64,000 nucleotides of DNA from an uncultured OCS116 cluster bacterium. GTDB lineage: Bacteria; Pseudomonadota; Alphaproteobacteria; Rhizobiales; TMED25. This document shows positions 20,653-30,385 of the stretch, one piece after another. The stretch's first letter is position 1, and every line of letters begins with the position of its first letter. Below the pieces are notes generated by a model. The model saw only the letters and a program-made list of their open reading frames with translations, made no database searches and was not told the DNA's origin. The stretch lies in assembly GCA_902633855.1 (NCBI GenBank), contig CACPHU010000007.1, forward strand, positions 5,827 to 69,826. Reading direction: 5' to 3'. Made by a program: the position numbers and the translations under genes.

Positions 20653-20925
20653 ATGCTTGGTCTCGTATGTGCGGTTATGTCTGCAGTGGCTTTCGCTGCA
20701 AATGATACAGCCCTAAGGAGAGGCATATTATTTGCCTCTGTATATCAATAATTATTACAGTTCCAATCGGCTGCCCCGTTTTTTTATTAGCAATCACATT
20801 AACAAACTCAAGGTCCAGCTTTCTTGCTTTAGATCTTGCGCAATTTCTTTTTTTTGGATCCGCGGGTATTATTCGGGATAATATTGTCTGTAGCAGGGGT
20901 ATACTTAATTATATATCAAATATAA
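20653..20925 (+). pseudogene. decayed remnant of a DMT/EamA-type transporter gene
   Basis: Three short pieces in three frames. They are MLGLVCAVMSAVAFAANDTALRRGILFASVYQ* (20653..20751), ITVPIGCPVFLLAITL..FFGSAGII (from 20754) and LSVAGVYLIIYQI* (20884..20925). They look like the first TM helices and the last TM of an EamA-type permease with the middle deleted. Confidence 0.5.
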
Positions 20926-20929
20926 AAAG

Positions 20930-21085
20930 TTACTTCCAGAAATCTACATCTTCAGCTTTAAACTCAAGTGCTTGTGATGTATCTTCTGCTGGATTTGCTT
21001 TGTCCTGTTGGTACATAAAATACCCACCGATTCCCATTATTACCACTAGCGCTAACATTAATAAATATTGATTTCTTGTATTCAT
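20930..21085 (-). CDS. possible 51-aa single-TM protein
   Basis: Not in the ORF track (below its size cutoff). ATG at 21085 is preceded by GGAG 8 nt upstream. Translation: MNTRNQYLLMLALVVIMGIGGYFMYQQDKANPAEDTSQALEFKAEDVDFWK. Same strand, downstream of the Mo-hydroxylase gene. Confidence 0.35.
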   Translation of the reverse strand: MNTRNQYLLMLALVVIMGIGGYFMYQQDKANPAEDTSQALEFKAEDVDFWK

Positions 21086-21168
21086 CTTTTACTCCATAAT
21101 AGATATTCTATATATATCAAACTTAGCCCAAAGATAAAGAAAATAAGTTAAAATTATGCAAATATAGC

Positions 21169-23529
21169 TTAATTTATAATTTCCCACATTTTCTCCGATG
21201 TTACGGGCATATTTAAATTTTTCCCATCCACACCATTTGACTCTAGGGCATTTACAATAGCATTCATAATGGTCGGTAATGCACCGGATATCCCCGCTTC
21301 ACCGCAACCTTTGATTCCAAGAGGGTTTGTTTCACATGGAACTGGATGAGACTTAAAAACAAATTCTTTTGGAATGTCTACGGCTTTTGGCATTGTATAA
21401 TCCATATAGGATCCAGATAATAGTTGACCATAATCGTCATAGCACAGGTTTTCCATCATAATTTGCCCTTGTGCTTGTATTATTCCGCCTAGCACTTGAC
21501 CTTCTACTAATAGCGGATTTATGAGATTACCAAAATCATTAACAGCTGTGTGTTTTATAAGTTTGACGACACCAGTTTTTGGATTAATTTCAACTTCGGA
21601 TATATGACAACCATTGGGGAATGAGCAAGGTGGCGTATCCTCAGCAAGTTCACCATCCAGGCCTTGAGGTAGCGATCCAGGCAATTTCTGATCTTTTATA
21701 AGTTGCTTAACCTCTTTATTGAGTTCAGGAATATTTATTTTGTGATTAGTATTTGGTATCTCAAAATTACCATTATTAAATTCAACATTTTCAAAATCCT
21801 CATCGAATAGGTGTGCCGCTAATTTTTTTCCATTGGAAATTACAATATTAGATGCCTTTAATAGTAGTGTACCACCGCTGATAGCCGTCCTTGATCCTCC
21901 AGTTCCGGTACCGGCGATTAACTCTTTACTGTCGCCTTGAAGTAATTTGAAGTTCTCCATTGGGATACCTAATTTATCTGACATTATTTGCGCAAAAGAT
22001 GTCAAGTGTCCTTGACCATAATCAAGATTACCGCTTACAAGTGTGACTTCACCGTTATCTTCGAATCTTATCCTACCCATTTCTTTTCCAGGAGGAGCAG
22101 TTACTTCTAAATAATAAGTGAGTGCACGACCTCTATACAGTCCATTTTCTTTTGACTCCTGTTGCCTTTTGCTAAAGTTTGCCCAATCAGCTGTTTCGAG
22201 TGCATCTTGAAGTACACTGTGGAAGTCCCCGCTGTCATAATTTAAACCAGCAGCTGATTTATATGGGAATTGATCTTTCTTTATGAGATTGATTTTTCTG
22301 AGTTCTACCGGATCAATCATCATCTCAATCGCGGCTTTCTCAAGAAGTCTCTCCATAATATACACACCCTCAGGTCGTCCAGCGCCACGATAAGCACCAA
22401 TTGGGGTTGTATTTGTGTAGACAGCTTTTGAGTTTACATACATTTTTGGTAAATCGTAGGCACCGCAGAAATTATTTTTTATATTCATTGATTGCGCCAT
22501 GGGTCCCATTAGACCCATAAAAGCACCAGAGTTCGCAACGACTTGGATCTTAGCTGCTACCATTTTTTTGTTATCGTCAAACGCTATTGTTGCTTCAATC
22601 CATGAGTCTCTTCCATGAGTATCTGATAGAAATGAGTCGGTTCGAGTATCTTTCCATTTTATTGTTTTTCCAGTCTTCTTCGCTGCAACCAAGGATGCAA
22701 TATATTCTGGGTACGGGCTTGACTTCATCCCAAATGAGCCACCGACACTTGGTGTATGGCAATGCATTTGATCTCTGTCAACATTAAAGATGTTGGCTAG
22801 GATGTTTGTAAAACCGAATAAACCTTGAGATGGTGAATGTAAATCATAGCTATTTGTCTCACTATCAAAACTTGCCATACATGCTCGTGGTTCCATAGCT
22901 GATATAATTAGTCTACTGTTTCTCAGTTCAATGGATGTTTTATATTTTGCTTTTTCGATCAAATCGTCAACTTCGCTTTCATCTCCATATTCCCAATCAA
23001 GAGCAATATTATCATTTAATGATGGATGAATAGACGGGCTGTCACCTGCCATTGCATCACGTGGATCAACAATCACATCATACTCTTCAATTTCAAGTGA
23101 TATTAATTCAGCTGCATCTTTTGCATTATTGAGAGTATCAGCGATCACGAATGCAATAGGTTGCCCCACATAATATACTTTATCTTTTGCAAGGGAAACT
23201 AGAGGAGGTACTTTTATTCCATTTCCATCTTTACCTTTGAGTTTATCCGCCGTTAGGCAGGGTATCGAACCAATTTTTTCTTGGTCCAAATCTTTGTATG
23301 TTAGAATATCAATTACACCTGGTTGTGATTTGGCTTCGTCTATATCAATATCTATAATTTTTCCGTGTGCGTAGGGTGATCTAAAAACAAATGCTTCTAG
23401 TGTTTGACTTTCACTTTTTATGTCATCAGTATAAGTTCCTTCACCACGAAGTAATTCAGGATCTTCAAACCTTGATACAGATTGCCCAACTGAGAATTTT
23501 GTAAAAGTTAAATCATTAAAATCATCCAT
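21169..23529 (-). CDS. xanthine dehydrogenase/CoxL-family molybdopterin-binding large subunit (form II-like AYRGAGR motif)
   Basis: 786 aa. N-terminus VGQSVSRFEDPELLRGEGTYTDD..FRSPYAHGKI, and IGAYRGAGRPEG active-site loop. AGGAG RBS in the 14-nt gap after the GMC gene. Confidence 0.85.
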   Translation of the reverse strand: MDDFNDLTFTKFSVGQSVSRFEDPELLRGEGTYTDDIKSESQTLEAFVFRSPYAHGKIIDIDIDEAKSQPGVIDILTYKDLDQEKIGSIPCLTADKLKGKDGNGIKVPPLVSLAKDKVYYVGQPIAFVIADTLNNAKDAAELISLEIEEYDVIVDPRDAMAGDSPSIHPSLNDNIALDWEYGDESEVDDLIEKAKYKTSIELRNSRLIISAMEPRACMASFDSETNSYDLHSPSQGLFGFTNILANIFNVDRDQMHCHTPSVGGSFGMKSSPYPEYIASLVAAKKTGKTIKWKDTRTDSFLSDTHGRDSWIEATIAFDDNKKMVAAKIQVVANSGAFMGLMGPMAQSMNIKNNFCGAYDLPKMYVNSKAVYTNTTPIGAYRGAGRPEGVYIMERLLEKAAIEMMIDPVELRKINLIKKDQFPYKSAAGLNYDSGDFHSVLQDALETADWANFSKRQQESKENGLYRGRALTYYLEVTAPPGKEMGRIRFEDNGEVTLVSGNLDYGQGHLTSFAQIMSDKLGIPMENFKLLQGDSKELIAGTGTGGSRTAISGGTLLLKASNIVISNGKKLAAHLFDEDFENVEFNNGNFEIPNTNHKINIPELNKEVKQLIKDQKLPGSLPQGLDGELAEDTPPCSFPNGCHISEVEINPKTGVVKLIKHTAVNDFGNLINPLLVEGQVLGGIIQAQGQIMMENLCYDDYGQLLSGSYMDYTMPKAVDIPKEFVFKSHPVPCETNPLGIKGCGEAGISGALPTIMNAIVNALESNGVDGKNLNMPVTSEKMWEIIN

Positions 23530-23543
23530 TATTTATCTCCTTT

Positions 23544-25139
23544 TTAACCTAGTATCATGTCAGCAGCTTTTTCTGCTATCATTATAGTGGGTGCATTTGT
23601 ATTTCCGGATACTAAGTTTGGCATAATTGATGCATCAACAACTCTAAGAGAGTCAATTCCATGTACTCGAAGCTCGTCGTCCACCACTGCCATTTCGTCA
23701 CTACCCATTTTACATGTACCAACTGGATGATAGCTAGTTCTGCAATATTGCTTAATATAATCTAATAATTCTTCATCGGTATTTAAAGTGCCACCAGGGT
23801 ACTTTTCTTCAACAACATATTCTGCTAATTTTTTATTTTTAAAAATGCCTCTTATAATCTTAATTGACTCTAGAAGTTTTAATCTATCTCTCTCAACGCT
23901 GAGGTAATTTGGTGCAATTTCAGGAGGCTTTGTTGGATCGTTTGATGTAATTTTAACATAGCCTCTACTTTCAGGTCTTAGCAATGTACATACAACTGTC
24001 ACACCTGGATATTTATGAGGGGCGCCACCAGGGTCTGTTGAAGAAAACATTAATACAAGACTCTGTATATCTGGTGTTTCTAATGAGTTATCAGTTTTAA
24101 AAAATCCACCAGCATAAGCAACACCCATATGCAAAAGCCCTTTTCGATTAAATATATAGTCTAAACCTGCCGCAACTCTTACTGACGTTTTATGAAAGAC
24201 ATCATTCGCAGTGAATGGACGGTTTAATTGATACATAATTGGAGCGTTAATATGGTCCTGTAAGTTCTCTCCGACACCGTTGAGCTCATGGACTACCTGA
24301 ATGTTGTGTTTATTTAATAATTCAGGGTTACCGACTCCAGATAATTGTAAAAGTTGAGGTGAGTTAAAAGCGCCCAATGAGAGTAGTATTTCACTTTTTG
24401 CGTTTACTGTGAATTCCTTACCTTTTTTTGAGTAGGCTATCCCTACTGCTTTTTTTCCATCAAAAATTATTCTTGATGCTAGAGCATCTGTAATAATGGT
24501 CAGATTTGGTCTTCTTTTTGATTTTTCCAGGTAAGCTCGGGCAGTGCTCCACCTTCTTCCTTTAAATTGCGTCCATTGAAATGGACCAAATCCTTCTTGA
24601 GTTTCGCCATTAAAATCATTATTTCTTGGAAATCCCTCGTCAATAGCAGCATCTACATATGCATCTGCAAACGGATGTACGTCCCTGTGATCAGATACAT
24701 GGAGTTCACCCTTCACACCGTGATACGAGTCCTCCCCTCTTTCTTGTATTTCTGCTTTTTTGAAGTAGGGAAGGATGTCATCGTAAGACCAGCCCTTGTT
24801 ACCGAGTTGCCGCCACACATCATAGTCTTGTTTTTGCCCTCTAATATAAATCATGCCATTAATTGAACTTGATCCACCTAGCACCTTTCCTCTTGGGGCA
24901 ACAATACTTCTTTGCACCCAACCGTCATCACTCTTAGTTTGATACATCCAATTGAGCTTTTTGTTCTTAAATAATTTAGCGTACCCTATTGGTACATGTA
25001 TCCAAGGGTTCCGATCTGGTGGGCCTGCCTCCAATAAGCATACTGAATTTTTTGGATTTTCAGACAATCTTGCAGCAAGCACACATCCAGCACTTCCTGC
25101 ACCTACAATGACGTATGAAAAGCTCTGATTATCTGACAT
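23544..25139 (-). CDS. GMC family FAD oxidoreductase (choline/alcohol dehydrogenase-like)
   Basis: 531 aa with YVIVGAGSAGCVLAARLSE, GGSSSINGMIYIRG, and the C-terminal HPVGTCKMG...VVDASIMP GMC signatures. Confidence 0.88.
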   Translation of the reverse strand: MSDNQSFSYVIVGAGSAGCVLAARLSENPKNSVCLLEAGPPDRNPWIHVPIGYAKLFKNKKLNWMYQTKSDDGWVQRSIVAPRGKVLGGSSSINGMIYIRGQKQDYDVWRQLGNKGWSYDDILPYFKKAEIQERGEDSYHGVKGELHVSDHRDVHPFADAYVDAAIDEGFPRNNDFNGETQEGFGPFQWTQFKGRRWSTARAYLEKSKRRPNLTIITDALASRIIFDGKKAVGIAYSKKGKEFTVNAKSEILLSLGAFNSPQLLQLSGVGNPELLNKHNIQVVHELNGVGENLQDHINAPIMYQLNRPFTANDVFHKTSVRVAAGLDYIFNRKGLLHMGVAYAGGFFKTDNSLETPDIQSLVLMFSSTDPGGAPHKYPGVTVVCTLLRPESRGYVKITSNDPTKPPEIAPNYLSVERDRLKLLESIKIIRGIFKNKKLAEYVVEEKYPGGTLNTDEELLDYIKQYCRTSYHPVGTCKMGSDEMAVVDDELRVHGIDSLRVVDASIMPNLVSGNTNAPTIMIAEKAADMILG

Positions 25140-25245
25140 AAATATTTCCTAAAATTATTTTATTCAATTAAAAAAATATATTATATTTTTTAAAAAAATG
25201 TAATAGTAATTATTTAAATTGATAACATTTGAATAGGTTTTAAAG

Positions 25246-25839
25246 ATGCCGATTAATAAACCCGCAGACGCAAAATATAAATTAAATACTTTAATCAAAA
25301 ATAGATGGAGTCCCCGTGCCTTTGAAAATAAGAGCGTTGATAACGAAATTTTAAATTCATTATTCGAAGCCGCGCGATGGGCGGCGTCCTGCAATAATTC
25401 GCAACCATGGAGATTTATTGTTGCCAAAAAAGAGAACCCAAAAGAATATTCAAAGGCACTTTCATGTTTTAATGAAAATAATCAAAAATGGGCATCTACT
25501 GCACCTGTTATTGGTTTTGTTGGTGCTTATCAATTAATGCTGGGTGATAAAAAAAGTCGAACATATTTTTATGATACAGGTATGGCAATGTCACAATTTA
25601 CGCTTCAAGCGCTCGAGCATAATTTATATATACATCAGGCCGGTGGGGTTTTGCTAGATGAAATAAAGATACAATATGAGGTACCTGATGACGTGGATAT
25701 TATCTGTGGTTTTGCTCTAGGATATCAGGGTGAGGCAGATATCTTACCGGAACCTTATAATGAACGAGAATTACAAAAACGAGTTCGAAACCCAATTGAA
25801 GATTTTGTATTCACAAATTCTTTTAATAAAGATAAATAA
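25246..25839 (+). CDS. nitroreductase-family flavoprotein
   Basis: 197 aa with RWSPRAF.. and AARWAASCNNSQPWRF motifs. Confidence 0.75.
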   Translation: MPINKPADAKYKLNTLIKNRWSPRAFENKSVDNEILNSLFEAARWAASCNNSQPWRFIVAKKENPKEYSKALSCFNENNQKWASTAPVIGFVGAYQLMLGDKKSRTYFYDTGMAMSQFTLQALEHNLYIHQAGGVLLDEIKIQYEVPDDVDIICGFALGYQGEADILPEPYNERELQKRVRNPIEDFVFTNSFNKDK

Positions 25840-25857
25840 CACGAAGAAGGTAACGAA

Positions 25858-26931
25858 ATGAAATCAAATAAACAAGAGACAGGAGTTGCGGTAATTGGTG
25901 CCGGTGGCATTGGTAACCTGAGAGCGCATTCCTGTAAGCAAATAACCCAAGTAGACTACTTAGCGGTTTGTGATATCAAAGATGAGAAATTAGAGAGCGT
26001 TGCCGAGTCTGTCAAAGCGGATATTGCAACAAATAACTATTCAGATGCGATAGAGGATAGTCGAGTTGGTGCTGTAATCATTTCTACAGACGAAGAGAAT
26101 CATTATGATGCAACAATGAAAGCTGTTGAGCTTGGAAAGTCTGTGCTCATAGAAAAACCTTTTGTTTTGGATCTTAATGAGGCTGATAACATACTGGCAA
26201 AGGCAAAAGAAACGGGTGCCGAAGTTTTCGTTGGTTATACGCAAAGATTCAGAAGAAAATTTCTCCTTGCAAAGGAAGCTGTCAGAAAGGGTCAGTTGGG
26301 AGATATAGTATTCTCTATGGGAAAGATTTATGTAACACGAGCCGTTGGTGAAGCTGTTGCCGGACGATCACCAAATACGACGCCGTCAATTAATACCGGC
26401 ACCTATCTAGTTGATTTGATGTTGTGGTACAACGAGGGTAAAAAACCTGTGGAAGTATACGCTAAATCGGCTAGCAATGTATTCAAAAGTTATAACAGAG
26501 ATGATTTTCAATGGATGCTTGTCACATATGACGATGGATCTGTATCATCGCTTGGTACAAGCTGGCTACAACCCAGACACTGGCCCGCCTACACAGCTAC
26601 AATGGAAATTGACCTTCAAGGGACAAATGGATCGCTAAATATTGATGATGCTCACAGGGACGTTGTTCTTGTCCCGGGAGATCCAATTCCTTGCCCTTAC
26701 ACTCCTCAACATAATGTTGATGTTGCATTTCTTGGATCCGCAATGCCGGGTGATTTTGTTATGGGTGAATTCTTTGGCCCAATGAAGGAGGAGACGGACG
26801 CCTTCATAAGGCACACTTTGGGCATGGGTGGTGTTGGTCTCACAACAGGTGAGGAAGCTAGGGTTGTTTTAGCTTTGACAATGGCGGCAGACAGATCAGC
26901 AAAAGAAGGGGTTCCAATAAAACTAGAGTAA
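25858..26931 (+). CDS. Gfo/Idh/MocA family oxidoreductase
   Basis: Rossmann VAVIGAGGIGNLRA, EKPF motif (VLIEKPF), C-terminal alpha/beta domain. Confidence 0.8.
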   Translation: MKSNKQETGVAVIGAGGIGNLRAHSCKQITQVDYLAVCDIKDEKLESVAESVKADIATNNYSDAIEDSRVGAVIISTDEENHYDATMKAVELGKSVLIEKPFVLDLNEADNILAKAKETGAEVFVGYTQRFRRKFLLAKEAVRKGQLGDIVFSMGKIYVTRAVGEAVAGRSPNTTPSINTGTYLVDLMLWYNEGKKPVEVYAKSASNVFKSYNRDDFQWMLVTYDDGSVSSLGTSWLQPRHWPAYTATMEIDLQGTNGSLNIDDAHRDVVLVPGDPIPCPYTPQHNVDVAFLGSAMPGDFVMGEFFGPMKEETDAFIRHTLGMGGVGLTTGEEARVVLALTMAADRSAKEGVPIKLE

Positions 26932-26936
26932 TTTAT

Positions 26937-27581
26937 ATGACTGAGTTAAACGTTGATCCAAATACTCTATCGAGGCAGGATCGGTATAAATTAATGTGCG
27001 CCTTAGTAATTCCAAGGCCTATCGCGTTAGTAACAACAATATCAAAAGATGGAATAGTTAACGCGGCACCTTTCTCTTTTTTTAACGTTTTCTCTGATAA
27101 ACCTTCAATAGTCGCGCTTGGTGTAAACTCACGTCCCGACGGGGGGATGAAGGATACCTCAGCAAATATAAATTATAAAAAAGAATTTGTTGTGCACATG
27201 GTTACATTTGAAATTGCAGAGCAGATGAATATCAGCTGTGTTAATTTTCCGCCACATATTAGTGAAATTGAAGAAGCTGGATTTACCCTCAAGAAATCAC
27301 ACATCCTGGATACACCGTCTATAGCAGAAAGCCTTGTTGCGTTAGAATGCAAACTTCATTCAATTACAAGGTTGGGTGAAGATAGGAATTTAACACTTGG
27401 GGAAGTTATTAACGTATCTACCAATACAGATGTGCTGGATACCGAAAAGAATTATGTAAACATAGAAAACTATAAGCCCATTGCAAGGTTGTTTGGGAAT
27501 ATGTATTCTGAGTTATCAGATTTCTTTGAATTGGAAAGACTGAACTACGAGCAATGGATTCAAGATAAAGAGGAGAAATAA
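26937..27581 (+). CDS. flavin reductase-like (FMN-binding split-barrel) protein
   Basis: VIPRPIALVTTISKDGIVNAAPFSFFN is typical of the flavin reductase-like domain. TAATG overlap with the next gene. Confidence 0.78.
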   Translation: MTELNVDPNTLSRQDRYKLMCALVIPRPIALVTTISKDGIVNAAPFSFFNVFSDKPSIVALGVNSRPDGGMKDTSANINYKKEFVVHMVTFEIAEQMNISCVNFPPHISEIEEAGFTLKKSHILDTPSIAESLVALECKLHSITRLGEDRNLTLGEVINVSTNTDVLDTEKNYVNIENYKPIARLFGNMYSELSDFFELERLNYEQWIQDKEEK

Positions 27582-28726
27582 TGGATTTTAATTTTACACA
27601 ACAGCAAGATGAAATGAGAACTCATTTGGAGACTTTCTTAAATAAGATATGCCCTGAAGAGTATGTTGAGAAATGTGACAAAGATGGTGTCCCACCTTAT
27701 GAGGCTTATAGAGCGCTTTGTGATGCGGGTTGGTTGGGTTTAATTATTCCGGAGGAGTATGGGGGTACTGGCGGTGATGCAGTTGACCTTGCAATTCTTC
27801 TTGAAGAAACTGGAAAAAGATTTGAGGAACTAGCAATGTGGGTCTTTCGCACTATGACATGGGGCGCATTTGCTGTTATGGCCCATGGATCTGAAGAGCA
27901 AAAAAAATTCTTTTTACCAAAAATTGCAAAAGGAGAGCTATCATTTGCATTTGGTCTAACGGAACCTTCGTCTGGTTCTGATGCTGCTGCCTTGAAGACA
28001 CGTGCTGACACGGTAGGAAATGATAAATACCTAATTAATGGACAAAAAGTATTTACATCTGGTATGGATATTAGCGACTATTGCTTAGTTGTTTTAAGAA
28101 CTTCCAAAGAGGATAAAAAACAAAAAGGCATTACAACCTTTATGGTTGATACAAAGAAAAAAGGTATTGATGTAAAGAAGATTGATACGCTTGGACACCG
28201 CTCAATTGGAACAACTCAAGTATTTTATAATGATGTTGAGGTATCCAAGGATGATATAATTGGTGAAATCGGGGGCGGATGGCAGATCTGTGATTCATGT
28301 CTTTGGTATGAGAGATTGTGTCTATCGGCGGCAAGAACTGGTGCTGCATCAGCTTGCTTCGATCTTGCGCTTCAATACGCAAAATCCCGTGAACAGTTTG
28401 ATAGACCGATTGGAAAATTTCAGGCAATCTCACATAAACTTGCTGACATGAAAGTTATGATAGAATTATCAAGATTACTCTTTTATAAATTTGCAACCTC
28501 AATAAACGAAGATAAGGCAAGTCGTCACGAGGCTGCAATATTAAAGTTATATACAAGTGAGTCTTACACAAAGATAACGGAGCACGCTATGCAAATCTAT
28601 GGTGGGTATGGATTTTGTATGGAATATCCAATTCAAAGGTTTTTTAGGGACGCCCGTTTATCTGTGATTGGTGCTGGTACATCTGAAATACAAAGAAACA
28701 TTATCGCTAAAAGCATAGGCTTGTAA
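27581..28726 (+). CDS. acyl-CoA dehydrogenase (IVD-like placement of catalytic Glu)
   Basis: 381 aa. GLTEPSSGSDAA, YERL (candidate base on helix G) and C-terminal IGAGTSEIQRNIIA, where the usual YEGT Glu is absent as in isovaleryl-CoA dehydrogenases. Confidence 0.85.
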   Translation: MDFNFTQQQDEMRTHLETFLNKICPEEYVEKCDKDGVPPYEAYRALCDAGWLGLIIPEEYGGTGGDAVDLAILLEETGKRFEELAMWVFRTMTWGAFAVMAHGSEEQKKFFLPKIAKGELSFAFGLTEPSSGSDAAALKTRADTVGNDKYLINGQKVFTSGMDISDYCLVVLRTSKEDKKQKGITTFMVDTKKKGIDVKKIDTLGHRSIGTTQVFYNDVEVSKDDIIGEIGGGWQICDSCLWYERLCLSAARTGAASACFDLALQYAKSREQFDRPIGKFQAISHKLADMKVMIELSRLLFYKFATSINEDKASRHEAAILKLYTSESYTKITEHAMQIYGGYGFCMEYPIQRFFRDARLSVIGAGTSEIQRNIIAKSIGL

Positions 28727-29916
28727 TGAATCATCCATTGAAAGGTGTGAAAGTTATTGAATTAGGCCAGATTATTGCTGGAACCTATGGCGGGCAGGTA
28801 CTTTCGGACTTAGGCGCTGAGGTCATCAAAGTAGAAACACCAAATGGTGATTTGGGAAGAATTCCATCTGTTGCGCCAATAAATGGAGAGAGCGGCCTTT
28901 TTTTAACTTTCAATAGAAATAAGAAAAGTATTGTTATCGATCTTAAAACAGATCAAGGCCTCAAACTCTTTTATGATCTTGTAAAAAAAGCAGATGTAGT
29001 AATTGATAATTTTAGGCCGGGCGTATTAAAAAGGTTGAAAATCAATTATGAAGTATTGAGCGAAATAAATAAAAGAATAATCCAATGTTCGGTAACAGGG
29101 TACGGTGAAAAAGGTGAGTATGCAAATTTACCGGCATTAGATATCATAATACAATCGATTACAGGTTACATGGCGATAACGGGTGAACCAGATAGTGCGC
29201 CAGTTCGAACCGGCATACCGCTTGCCGATCTATCCGGGGGAATATTCTCATGTAAAGCCATCCTTGCTGCGCTATACAAAAGGGAAAAAACAGGGCAGGG
29301 TTCATCAATTAATCTTTCAATGTTTGATGGCATGCTGAATTTGCTAACTTATCTTGGCACTGTATGGCTAACAAAAGGTGAGCTTCCAGTACCACCTGGA
29401 TCATCACATATGTATTCCGTCCCATGGCAAGCGTTTAAAGTTAGTGATGGGTATGTGGTAATAGCCACCAGACAAGAGGTATTTTGGGAACGAATGTGTG
29501 ATGCAATGGATATTGAAGATGTAAAAATTGATGAGAGGTTTGCTACTAATCCAAAACGCGTTGAAAATAGAGATATTTTAATTCCTATATTAGAGAATAT
29601 ATTCATAAATAAATCGGTAAAAGAATGGATTGATCTGTTTAGAGAGTATGAAGTTCCATGTGCTCCCGTAAATAATTTAGATGGTGCTTTCGGAGAGCCT
29701 CCAGTGGCTGAGAGAGATATGGTTGTAAAATATGATCATCCAACCGCAGGAGAAATTAAGCTACCGGGAAATCCAATGAAATTCAGTGATGTAAATGAAA
29801 CCATATCTACGCCCGCACCAACACTTGGTGAGCATACAAAAGAGATTTTGACATCAATGCTTGGTATGGATGCAGGACAAATTGATAAATTAATTAAAAG
29901 TGAAATAATAAAATAA
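28726..29916 (+). CDS. type III (CaiB/BaiF family) CoA-transferase
   Basis: 396 aa with GVKVIELGQIIAGTYGGQVLSDLGAEVIKVE, DNFRPG and GIPLADLSGG (catalytic Asp region). Confidence 0.85.
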   Translation: MNHPLKGVKVIELGQIIAGTYGGQVLSDLGAEVIKVETPNGDLGRIPSVAPINGESGLFLTFNRNKKSIVIDLKTDQGLKLFYDLVKKADVVIDNFRPGVLKRLKINYEVLSEINKRIIQCSVTGYGEKGEYANLPALDIIIQSITGYMAITGEPDSAPVRTGIPLADLSGGIFSCKAILAALYKREKTGQGSSINLSMFDGMLNLLTYLGTVWLTKGELPVPPGSSHMYSVPWQAFKVSDGYVVIATRQEVFWERMCDAMDIEDVKIDERFATNPKRVENRDILIPILENIFINKSVKEWIDLFREYEVPCAPVNNLDGAFGEPPVAERDMVVKYDHPTAGEIKLPGNPMKFSDVNETISTPAPTLGEHTKEILTSMLGMDAGQIDKLIKSEIIK

Positions 29917-29926
29917 GGAGAAAAAA

Positions 29927-30376
29927 ATGGTAGGTTTATACTGGGAAGATTGGGAGATTGGAAAAGAGTATGTCTCACCAAGTAGAACAATCACTGAGGC
30001 AGATATAGTTCATTTTGCAGGAATATCTGGTGATTACAATCCGTTGCATATTAATGAAGAGCACTGTAAAAAAACAATCTTTGGGACGCGGATCGCACAT
30101 GGTCCGCTCGTTTACTCGATTGCGGCTGGTTTGTTGTTTCAGTTACATTTATATGATGACACTTTAATTGCTTTTTTAGGATTTGATAGCTTAAAATTTA
30201 CAAAACATGTCATTGCAGGAGATACAATCACTGCTAAGATAGCTGTTTTAGAAAAAAGAGAAACTTCAAAAGAGGATCGTGGTGTTATGAAAAGGAGCCT
30301 CAAAGTTTATAACCAAAATGATGAAATGGTTCAAGACGCGGTTCAAGCTTTTCTTTTAAAGAGAAAACCAGCATAG
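29927..30376 (+). CDS. MaoC-like (R)-specific enoyl-CoA hydratase/dehydratase
   Basis: 149 aa with the hydratase-2 motif GISGDYNPLHINEE and IAHG. GGAG RBS. Confidence 0.82.
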   Translation: MVGLYWEDWEIGKEYVSPSRTITEADIVHFAGISGDYNPLHINEEHCKKTIFGTRIAHGPLVYSIAAGLLFQLHLYDDTLIAFLGFDSLKFTKHVIAGDTITAKIAVLEKRETSKEDRGVMKRSLKVYNQNDEMVQDAVQAFLLKRKPA

Positions 30377-30385
30377 CTTTTACAA

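Noticed and set aside
25171-25191. Perfect 21-bp palindrome AAAAAATATA-t-TATATTTTTT in the divergent spacer between the GMC gene and the 7-gene operon.
   Set aside because: It consists only of A/T runs and TATA, so such symmetry arises easily by chance in this composition. No regulator gene is nearby to bind it. It is worth a look only if the motif recurs elsewhere.
25164-25427. 87-aa minus-strand ORF spanning the GMC/nitroreductase spacer.
   Set aside because: It overlaps the well-supported nitroreductase 5' end. Its own sequence is AT-rich low complexity (..NNYYYIFLKNIIYFFN) with no start context.
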